A stretch of DNA of 63,934 bases, the filler included, from Lenisia limosa (Eukaryota; Protista; Breviatea), in assembly GCA_001655205.1 (NCBI GenBank). It is 11 parts of 11 records of this genome, joined end to end, with 100 filler letters (N's around TTAATTAATTAA, not from the genome) between each part and the next. Parts side by side here need not be neighbours in the genome. Positions count along the whole stretch, not along the records: positions 4,884 to 27,987 come from LPNZ01004474.1; positions 28,088 to 33,371 come from LPNZ01007734.1; positions 33,472 to 38,950 come from LPNZ01011496.1; 8 more parts are not named here. One strand, written 5' to 3'. The translations under genes were made by a program, and so were the position numbers. A model generated the notes under the pieces. The model saw nothing but the letters and a program-made list of their open reading frames with translations. It ran no database searches and was not told the origin of the DNA. Positions 24,945 to 34,952 of this stretch are shown here, one piece after another (position 1 is the first letter of the stretch; every line of letters begins with the position of its first letter).

Positions 24945-27900
24945 ATGAACGTAAGCTAATTGAGGATTGCGGAGTTTGTTCTGTTTGACCTTTTTTATGA
25001 TATTTAATCTGTTGAATCTTTGATATTATCGCGTATTTTACCATATATGTCTTGTCATTGTGATATTTGGATGTTTTTAAAGCACTAATAACATTCCCCC
25101 AGACACAGTCACACACAGAGCATGTTGTTGAGGCCGCCGCCTTTGTTAAGAAGGCTTTTGGTGATGCCGAAGTTGCTATCATCCTTGGATCCGGACTTAA
25201 TGACTTCGCTGATTCTCTTGACCAAAAAAAGGTACTGCGAGTTCCTGTTTCTGAGCGGGTCTTTCGTTTCTTCTTTGATAACCTTGATATAGGAAATGTC
25301 TTTTGACATGATCCCTCACATGCCCAAGCCTTCTGTTGCCGGTGAGTCGATTTTCCCGAACTTGTATCTGATCACCTTCTTCTTATCTATTTTTTGACTT
25401 GTATAGGCCATTTTGGCAAGTTCTGCGTTGGATTCGTTCAAGGAAAGAAGGTGGGGGGGGGGGGAGGCATCACAGTCATCCAATCTTTTCTGTCATTGTT
25501 TCCCCTCTCAAATTTCTTTTTTTTTTTTACTTTTAATTGTTTTCTTTGATAGCTTATATGAATCAATCAACACCAGTTTCTAATTCGTTTCATTAAACAT
25601 ATCCCCGCTTGACCTTCGGTCACATGAGCCCCGTAGGTGTACTGTCTTGCTGGCCGCATCCACGCCTACGAGGGCTACTGCATGAACGAAGTTGTGTTCG
25701 CCACCCAGGTCATGCGCGAGCTCGGTGTTAAGGTGGGTCTTGTATTCTGTCTCCATGCCGGTACTACCATAGACACTCATTATACCAAAGTCTGAAGGAA
25801 TTCTCTGAATACAGTAAATGCTTCGTCTTCTTGTGTCACCCCCCAGGTTCTCCTCGCCACCAACGCTGCCGGTGGAGCCCAGGACGCTATGAGCAACGGA
25901 TGCATCATGGCCATCAAGGACCACATCAACCTTGTCAGACGCTCTCCTCTCGAGGGTAAGCCGAACCTGGTCGTCTTGACTCTTTCTGTCTGTTGTTTGG
26001 GGATAGTGCTCTCACCTCTTGACAGACACTTTCGGTGAAGCCGGTCTTGGCTCCGCATACGTGAACCTCCACAACTGCTACAGTCCTCGCATCATGGATC
26101 TTGCCCGCAAGATCGCCAAGGACCAGAAGATGCCTCTTTTCGAGGGTATGCTATTCCCTAACACATGTGTTCAATATAGCATATGGCTTTCCCATTTCAC
26201 CCCCCAGGTAACTACGCCATGTCCTCCGGCCCCTCCTACGAGACCCCCTCAGAGGTCCTCAACGGTCGTAAGATCGGTACGCCGCCGGGATGCATAATAC
26301 CCACATCTGCTTTTATTTTCATGCGGCACTTTACCTCTATCAGGATGCGACGCCTTTGGTATGTCCACTGTTCCCGAAACTGTTGCGGCCATCTCCGGCG
26401 GCATGGAGTTCTTTGCCCTGTCCGTCGTGACCAACATGGGTGCCGGTCTCCAAGCCACCGCTCTCAACCATGTCGAGGTCCAGGTACGCCCTGTGCCCCA
26501 CTAAATGCCTTCCGTCGAACTTGACTGTTTTGTGTTTTGTGTCTTCCCCCTTTAGTTTGACACCTTTCACCACTCGCAGGAAGAGGCCAAGAAGAATGCC
26601 CCCATCTTCAAGAACTACATTCTCTCTCTTCTTGCCGCCATCGACCCCCTTCCCGGCTTTGAGGTTAAGAAGGTCGGGTCAACGGGGGACTCCTTATGGA
26701 ATGACAATACTCTATTCTGCTTTGTATGTGGCTTGTACTTATCATCATCCAGGCTCCCAACTCCACCAAGAGCTTTGCCATCCCTGCCGTAAGCTGAACC
26801 TGAACAGGAATGCTTTTCCCCTTCTTCTCTATCTTTGACCTCTCAGGCTGTCGTTGAGAAGGTTGACATTTCTGCTGAGACTATTGTTGCTGCCGCCAAG
26901 ACCGTCGGTGCCGCTGAAATGGGTATTTGGGGTGTTTGGCAGTTTCTCTGTACCTTTTTTCATTTGAGAACTATTCCGTCATAATTCTTAGGTGGGTGTT
27001 GATTACCACCCTAATTCTCTGATGTTTTTTTTTTTTTTTTTTCCCCGTTTTTTTTANNNNNNNNNNNNNNNNNNNNNNNNNNNNNNNNNNNNNNNNNNNN
27101 NNNNNNNNNNNNNNNNNNNNNNNNNNNNNNNNNNNNNNNNNNNNNNNNNNNNNNNNNNNNNNNNACTAACCATCATGCATTTCACACTGCAGGATACATT
27201 GTCGAAGCTGGTATGGAATCCGCCATCCCCAACTTCACTGAGAAGTCCGCCTTTGCTCTGACCGACATTGCCGGCTTCCCTGCCCACTCCCCCTCGGCCT
27301 TTGACGCCAAGATCGTCAACGTGAGCGCAAGGGGTCTCATCCGCGATAGGACAAGCTTGTTTTGCACCCCCCCCCCCCNNNNNNNNNNNNNNNNNNNNNN
27401 NNNNNNNNNNNNNNNNNNNNNNNNNNNNNNNNNNNNNNNNNNNNNNNNNNNNNNNNNNNNNNNNNNNNNNNNNNNNNNNNNNNNNNNNNNNNNNNNNNTC
27501 ACCAATCAGGGTAACGGTGCGCTTGTTGTGTACGGCCTCCACGCCGCCGGCCTCAACGCACAGGAGTCCATCTTTGTTGCCAACGTCTTCGCCGCCGCGG
27601 GTGTGAAGAAGGTTGCCCATGCCTTCGCTGCTGGTGGGGGGGGGGGCACCGCATGGCCGGATTGCAAAATCCAGTGGTATTAGAATTAGATACAATCAAA
27701 TTGTACATATTGTAAGCACCCATAAGAACCTCACCTCCTTCCCCCACAGGAGCCAGCGATGAGACTGTCAAGGTCGGATCTGTGATCTCAGCCTCCTCCA
27801 TCCTCAACGCCGCTCAGAACGGCATGGTCCCCTCCGCTGCCCCCAAGACCCCCATTTCTAAGAGGTGTGTGAGCTTCTCAATATGAAGTCTTCGTGTTAT

Positions 27901-27968
27901 CGATTATTGACCTTTTTATGATCTCTCTAACGTTGTACATGAGTGTTGTTGTTTTAGCCCCTCAACAC
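24945..27968 (+). CDS. Purine nucleoside phosphorylase (PNP-I) with a second, divergent PNP-like domain; 3' partial
   Basis: Domain 1 has IILGSGL, GRIHAYEG, TNAAGG, DHIN, GPSYETPSE, FGMSTVPE and SVVTN. The frame continues through further exons (GYIVEAG.., YGLHAAG.., HAFAAGA..) that follow the same layout. Confidence 0.88.
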
Positions 27969-28104
27969 GTGATGGGATGCGGTGCTGNNNNNNNNNNNNN
28001 NNNNNNNNNNNNNNNNNNNNNNNNNNNNNNNTTAATTAATTAANNNNNNNNNNNNNNNNNNNNNNNNNNNNNNNNNNNNNNNNNNNNCCCCCCCCCCCCC
28101 CTCC

Positions 28105-28227
28105 CACCCATATTGTTATTGTATCAACCCACGTGTATTATCAGCCAACAGAGTTGATTTTGGGCTTTTTTTGGTCTCGTATAACTGTTTCATATTTTAT
28201 CGAAATTTCCTTCGTTTTACCCCCCAG
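28105..28227 (+). mobile_element. Family A element ending at a 3' splice site
   Basis: ATCAACCCACGTG...CAGCCAACAGAGTTGATTTTGGGCTTTTTT...TTTTACCCCCCAG then exon. Confidence 0.75.
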
Positions 28228-28805
28228 GACCAGGCAGCTACAGAGTCAGGCGCCTGGTTGGCGTCAATTATTGCGCTAACGCAATGCACGTGGCCGAACT
28301 TTGGCCGGTCGTCGGCCCTCCTGGACCAGGATCGCCACATCCAATTTATTTATAATGTTCATGGGGATGTTTAGAGTTTTTATAAGAGTTTTATTTGTCA
28401 AAATCGACATTTCCTTTGTTTTACCCCCCCCCCCAGAACACGGTGGTCATTGGTACAGCCAGCGGGCCCTCTATTGTGTCACTGACTGGCTCGGNNNNNN
28501 NNNNNNNNNNNNNNNNNNNNNNNNNNNNNNNNNNNNNNNNNNNNNNNNNNNNNNNNNNNNNNNNNNNNNNNNNNNNNNNNNNNNNNNNNNNNGGTCGCCA
28601 TATATCTAGGGCTGTTTCTCTCTTTTGTCTAGACAGTATTTTTTTATTGTTATTATTTATTTTTTAAAAATTTCACTCTCCCCTTTAGGATGCCTATCTA
28701 ACCCCGCAGACTGACGAGGAAAGCGGGAAGTACGGCACTTGTGTGGCTATGACCGTTTTGAGGCAGACGTCACTCTTCAGCTCCCTCCCCCCTAAGGTCG
28801 GCGCT

Positions 28806-28864
<59 letters not shown>

Positions 28865-28881
28865 CAGATGGTGATGAGGTG

Positions 28882-28913
<32 letters not shown>

Positions 28914-29352
28914 GCAGATGGTGATGATGATGATGGTGATGAGGTGGTGATGATGGTGATGATGATGATTTATTTTTTACTCCGCTTATGTTGGNNNNNN
29001 NNNNNNNNNNNNNNNNNNNNNNNNNNNGCTTTGTTTGTTTTTTGTATTTCATAAAATTTATTTTACTCCCCAGACCCAAGTAATGTCCCTCACCACATCG
29101 GGTCGCCTGACGATTCGAGACGTAAATGGCGATGTTCGGTCCACGTCCATCCAGGACGTGATCCCGTCAGAGGTCGTTGCGGCGACGATTGTGGCCGACC
29201 CAGCCCAGGCCGTGTGTTCAACTAGGGCGTGAGGGGTGTTATTGTTTTATTATATTTATATGATATGTTATGGTGGTACTTATTATATTCAATGAATTGG
29301 GTATCTCACTTTCTCCAGAGGCACCTTCGCCATGTCTCTCGAGTTGCTCTAG
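28228..29352 (+). CDS. Hypothetical protein C-terminal exons (beta-propeller/WD-like), 5' partial
   Basis: Exons start at 28228, 28437, 28689, 29074 and 29319 (NTVVIGTASG, QVMSLTTSGRLTIRD), with stop TAG at 29350-29352. Confidence 0.45.
28806..28968 (+). repeat. (GAT)n microsatellite inside an intron
   Basis: Long GAT array with GGT/GAG interruptions. Confidence 0.95.
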
Positions 29353-29980
29353 CCTCTTCATCGTCTTTGCCTCTTGACGTTTGGACCCTCAAAAGGTCTA
29401 TAGGTCTTTGTATGTATGTTTGTTTCTTTTTGCTTATTGTTTTGTATTTTCAGTTCATTTCTATGTCATGTTTTGTTTTTGATTTATGGTAGTAATATAT
29501 TACATGTACTTTTGTTTTGGAAGTGTTAGTTATTTCCATTTCTGCTCCCACTCTGTGTGGATGGATTCGGCCAGACGCTTGCTTTATTTCTTAAATCCTT
29601 ATGAGTACCGTGAGGTATTGGATTTTAATAAATCACATCATTCATAAGATAGTATGAATTCGGCCCAAAAATGGCCGAAGTTCTCCCCACTCTCGAAATA
29701 TCGATATGGTCAGTCTTGTCAGGAACGTAGGTTCATCTAATCAGGCAGATTGGGCATTTGTAATTAACAAGTTTCTCTCAGTAAAAGTGATAGATGTGGG
29801 AGTATCTTGCTGAAACCGTAAACACCATCACTTATTTGACAGAACATCATGTGAAAGGAGAATCCAATAATAATAATAATAAAAAGCCAATGAACGAGAG
29901 ACTAAATAAGTGAATGGTGTATCAAAAAGAAAGTAAACGTCAAAAACAAGTAAACAACACCCAGTCAAGCCAGAACGAGC

Positions 29981-30917
29981 CTAGGCCAAGGCCACAGGGA
30001 GGCGCTGGTAGTACTGGTTAGCGTTGACCTTCTTGGCAAGACGACGGTTCTGACAGACGACAAGGAAGGCCATGACGATGACGGTGATAGCGAGGAAGCC
30101 GACGGCATGGGTCAGGCCGTGAAGGACGTGTCCGTGGAAGTTGATGACCTCACCCTACGGAGTAAAACTGGAAAATTTCTGAAACAAAAAAAAAGCCCTG
30201 CTGGAGTAACACACTGTTTTTGAATTGGGGGAAAAGAGGAACAAGGCCCTGAGATAACACAAAACATCACAGTGAAAAATGGAAAATTTCGAACTGGGGG
30301 GGGGGGGCAAAAGNNNNNNNNNNNNNNNNNNNNNNNNNNNNNNNNNNNNNNNNNNNNNNNNNNNNNNNNNNNNNNNNAATCGCAATATCCCTGTAAAAGA
30401 AGCCCTCCTACGATGCACTCCTCAACCTTGTCCTCCTCGAGGTCGAAGCAGTGATCGATAGAGAACATAGCGCGATGCTCCTTCTCCTTCTTCTAAAGAG
30501 CGTGAGAATTAACCAAAAAGATGATGTCATCAACAGTACAAGAAAAAACAGGATCAAGCAGCTTACGTGGTGGTCACGGCTGTTGTCGTTGTCTTCAGGC
30601 TCATCACCCTTCAGGAGAACGGCTTCAGATGAAGAGGGATGATGAGGATGGTGAGATGAAGAATGATGGTGGTGATGAGAAGACTCGTCAGATGAAGGGG
30701 GAGGATGGGGGTGAGAAGAGTCATCACTAGGGTTGAAAGAAGAGTCGCTAGGTCCTGGAGGAGGGGGAGGAGCAGAGGAAGACTCGACAGTTTCTCCGGC
30801 AGGGGTCAGAGGCGTAAGAGGGGCACCAGCGTGCTCTCTCTTCTTGTTGACGTGGACGGACTGGGCCAAAACAAGGAGGCCCAAAAGGAAAAAGAAGAAG
30901 AATGAGCTCTTCATCAT
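29981..30917 (-). CDS. Type I membrane protein: signal peptide, P/S/H-rich ectodomain, one TM helix, cytosolic YQRL motif (3 exons)
   Basis: Exon 30567-30917 (MMKSSFFFFFLLGLLVLAQS...), a second exon starting at 30492, and exon 29981-30154 ending AVGFLAITVIVMAFLVVCQNRRLAKKVNANQYYQRLPVALA*. Confidence 0.75.
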
Positions 30918-31154
30918 GTAATTAGTTGATTTAGTTTGAGTAAGATTAATGGATTATAAAAAAAAATTGGCGTTGGTCTGATAAGAGAGAAAAAAGACGA
31001 ATAAGGCCACGATTTGCAAATCCAAAACTCAGATTTTCCAAATCAGTCAAAATTATAAATGTAATGATTGTGCCCAAGAAAAATTATGAAATTTTTTCCT
31101 TTGTTTGGAAAAAACTACTATCGGAAATAAAATTGAAATAGCAACATATGTATT

Positions 31155-31235
31155 GCGAGTATGGCGGAATCGTAGACGCGTAGCACTCAAGTTGCTATCT
31201 CTTCGGGGGTGAGAGTTCAAGTCTCTCTGCTCGCA
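31155..31235 (+). tRNA. tRNA-Leu(CAA)
   Basis: Acceptor stem GCGAGTA/TGCTCGC, anticodon stem TAGCA/TGCTA with loop CT-CAA-GT, long variable arm, T arm GAGAG-TTCAAGT-CTCTC, then a T-run terminator. Confidence 0.9.
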
Positions 31236-31413
31236 ACTTTTTTTTTTGAACCGCTTTTTTTGCCACACTTGTCTCTCTCCTCTCTTCTTCTTGTTTTTTG
31301 ATTGTTTTAAAAATTTTGCACAGTACTGGAGGAGGAAGTTAAGGAAAGGTGATTTTCTGTTCTCTCCTTTTTCAGTCAATCAGGTCGCCCCCTCCGTCGT
31401 CATTAGGAACACT

Positions 31414-31770
31414 ATGCTTCTTCTAGCTGGTGTCCTTCTGTCATGGCTGTCGTTTGCGGCCAGCCTCGACATGTCGCTCTATGGAGCGGTCACGATCTTC
31501 AAAGACAACACCGCAATCTCAGGAAACAACGCCACGCTGGTCAAGGATGGCGATGACTTCTTCTTCTCCGCCACTTCAAACAGCTTCAGTTTTGCGGTGT
31601 CCGTGGCCATTGACGAGGTTAATGAGAAGCTGCCTTCACTTACGGAGGTTGACGAACAAGGCGAGCCGGTAAACAAGGATGATCAGTGTCTGCATCCCAC
31701 GTTTGAAGGGACGATTGAAGGCGAATATGGGCAAGAAGACGACTTGGTGGTCTTCTTCGGATGCCAAAAA
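31414..31770 (+). CDS. Secreted hypothetical protein, first exon (later exons probably at ~32600-32850)
   Basis: Hydrophobic signal MLLLAGVLLSWLSFAASL and an open frame up to a GT donor at 31771. Confidence 0.55.
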
Positions 31771-32674
31771 GTGGGTGGCGTGATGTTCAAATGAGCATGT
31801 TTTGAGCTAAGTGCCCATATCAAGTCGTTNNNNNNNNNNNNNNNNNNNNNNNNNNNNNNNNNNNNNNNNNNACTTTCACATAACATAAAATATACAATAC
31901 ATACCATAGTGACCCGAGTTAGTAAGAATGTAAATGAAACAGACAATCGTGTATGGAAGAGAGGGGTGTAAATTGATCCCATGAATAACCAAGCAAAATG
32001 GAGAGCGGCATTATAAGAGCCTATAATACGGCAAAATGGGTATAAAGTAGCACAAAATGCAAGTAAATGGTTAAAAATTGTCATGGAGTGTCAATTCTGA
32101 CCACTATAGTATGTATTGTATGTCATATATATATATATATATANNNNNNNNNNNNNNNNNNNNNNNNNNNNNNNNNNNNNNNNNNNNNNNNNNNNNNNNN
32201 NNNNNNNNNNNNNNNNNNNNNNNNNNNNNNNNNNNNNNNNNNNNNNNNNNNNNNNNNNNNNNNNNNNNNNNNNNNNNNNNTACACAATGTTCATTCAGAT
32301 CTAGCACCAAAATGTTCTTTGGCTCAAAAAAATACAATCATATTGTATTGATGGAAATACCTCATCATATTGCTTTATTATTAGAATTTTGAGAATTGGA
32401 GAGTGATAGCTATACTATATCATTATGTCTGAAGTAGGACTCTGTAATTAATTTTTTGGAGAAATTTGACATTAAAGTGTCTGAAAAGGCGTCCAAGTTA
32501 CGATATGCCCCGCTCCAAGTTCAACATTTTTTTCTTTCATTGTGCATATTTTCGAAAACATAATTGCGTAGGCGTGCAATACGTACCTTGCCACAACAGT
32601 TTTCCTGGCGTCACCGCCGGTGGGAGTTACGGCTGACCCGGACCAGTTCTTTTATCCCTATACGGTACGCTGGA

Positions 32675-32820
32675 GTGATGGGATGCGGTGCTGTGCCTGG
32701 GCTTTGTTTGTTTTNNNNNNNNNNNNNNNNNNNNNNNNNNNNNNNNNNNNNNNNNNNNNNNNNNNNNNNNNNNNNNNNNNNNNNNNNNNNNNNNNNNNNN
32801 NNNNNNNNGTTCTACACCAG
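32675..32820 (+). mobile_element. Family A element that appears to be a whole 146-nt intron
   Basis: Starts GTGATGGGATGCGGTGCTGTGCCTGGGCTTTG and ends TTCTACACCAG; the middle is N. Confidence 0.55.
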
Positions 32821-33027
32821 GAAGATCTGCGGATCTGGCAAGAGAGAGGGTCTCGATATGTCATTTTCATACCATAATGGTAAGACGGGCGCATTCATGT
32901 TCCTATTTTATTGGTTTCCCCCCTACATAATAAGGCAAGACGCTACACAATACCACGATAGTCCTGGCACGATTGACTTCAGAGAAACCTCAATTTGCGT
33001 GTCAGGGCTTATCGTGGTTAGTGTATA

Positions 33028-33103
33028 CAGTGGCCGGGATTAGTCTTGACCGATTTTCAATGTGATTTCCCAAGGAAAATCGGTCAAGACTTATCGTTCA
33101 CTG
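33028..33103. mobile_element. 76-bp Tc1/pogo-type MITE (family C)
   Basis: TA then CAGTGGCCGGGATTAGTCTTGACCGATTTT...AAAATCGGTCAAGACTTATCGTTCACTG; same length and core as the copy at 51266. Confidence 0.8.
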
Positions 33104-33471
33104 CATATAAAATGATATAGTATGATATATTTCACTGGACTTTACCCATGTAAACAGTTCAAATCTCACACAGCAGATCAAACGGAACAAGTTGTTAGTA
33201 ACGGCGTAACTCTCGAGGGTTGGTCCGCTCCAAAAACTGGTGGGAGAGAGGGAGAGAGAGAGAGTGAAGGAGAGAGATACAGAAAGAGAGAGTTGTAGGT
33301 GGTAGAGATATTAAAAGTTGGGAAGGAGGGGGAGGGAGGTATAAAGTTTGTGTGTATGGGGTATTATATAGNNNNNNNNNNNNNNNNNNNNNNNNNNNNN
33401 NNNNNNNNNNNNNNNTTAATTAATTAANNNNNNNNNNNNNNNNNNNNNNNNNNNNNNNNNNNNNNNNNNNN

Positions 33472-34089
33472 TCTTCCCAAGCCACCCAACCCCTAGATCT
33501 TGTGACCTTTGGAATCTTGAAGTGCGTCCTCAAGGACTTGCTGTCAAGAAACACACCTGTGGATATTAGTTCTTCTGCGATTAACAGGTGCTGCGCGATC
33601 AAGTCTTCCCTAGAGGGCCTGCATATTGCAACCTCCAAGGACAAGATTAAGTCAGCGTTTGCTCGAGCATCCCTCATTGTGACTTCTTTTCCTGAACCAA
33701 GGCTTATCGTTGACCCTGCCAAGACTGCTTCGCACTTGCCAAATTCGGAGTGTGCATTTGCTCATGCCCTCCAACCTCCTCCACGAACGGCCCTCTACTC
33801 TTGCCTGTTGAACACACCGGCTTTGATACAACTCATCAGGTCTGCTAAAGACGAATCGTCGACTGCCGAGGAAGCAAAGAAAGCGTGGGAAGGTATTGCA
33901 CATGAGACAGATGCTCTCACTGAAGCTGAGGTCAAGTTCTACCAGCAAAATTCTGGGCGTCTCCCTTGGGAAGGAAATCCTTTAATTGGCACTGACCCAA
34001 ACTTCGCTTTTGAGCCATCTCCCAAATATCGCAAATCAATCGCTCCGAGACCGAAAAACACTGGGCTGACGTCTTACATCAATACATGA
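33472..34089 (+). mobile_element. pogo/Fot1-type DDE_1 transposase, C-terminal part (5' end cut by gap)
   Basis: Frame starts SSQATQPLDLVTFGILK (cf. SHLLQPLDVGVFGPLK) and later has ATSKDKIKSAFARASL; no introns in the visible part. Confidence 0.75.
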
Positions 34090-34952
34090 ATATTTATCTA
34101 CAATTATCCATTCGAAGGGTTTTTAAAGCAAAAAATTCAAAGAATGAAAAAGTGGACACAATAATGTGACTGGACACAATTATGTACCTTCACCTAATAA
34201 TAAAAATATAATAAAAAAAAAACTCAAGCACAGAACAATATCAAACGAAAAGAACTAATTGTCTGCGTGTAAGTTACCACGCTGATGCTCTTACTAATTA
34301 AGACTCCATTACAGCCAACCCTTTTCAAAGAGGCGTTGTTTGATATGATAAGATTCCAGGATTCAAGTCGGACACGGCCAAACTCCTCCAAAATCCTTAT
34401 TTACAGCGACCTGGGTAATAGACCTCAACTTCATGCAGCAGGTCGACTGGCTGGGTTCTTCTCGTGGGAAACGTTGGTTCCACGTTGGAACAAGCGGTTT
34501 GTTTTATATTGGGTGGAAAACGTGTAGCATGTAATTCTAAATCATATATTATTGATATTAATTTGACAAATTAGGTCTCACTAGTCCGTGAGGGCTTCCA
34601 ATATCAGTCCTTCTTATTGTATTTGCTTATTATTTTCTTTGAGGGCATGGCAAAAAGAGCTTGGGATTCGGGAAAAGTTTTGACTTGCAGCAATGCAGTC
34701 ACTTGGTAATTTTATAGGGTGTATTTTTTGCTTAACGTGCTTTACTGAAGTACTGAACCGAAAAGTGTTGACAAATAGCCTTATTACCCGAAATGAAGGA
34801 AAATAATACTCAAAAAAGCTTGTATCTGGTCGAAGAGGAGCATAAATTATAATATCATCACAATAATAATAATAACGCAAGGACGAATTAGATACAAAAA
34901 AAAACGAATCATGAAGCTCAAATATATATAAACTAGCAAGAATTCCTTCCAC

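Noticed and set aside
28792-29079. Poly-His/poly-Ile ORF
   Set aside because: It is the translation of an intronic (GAT)n microsatellite and crosses an N gap
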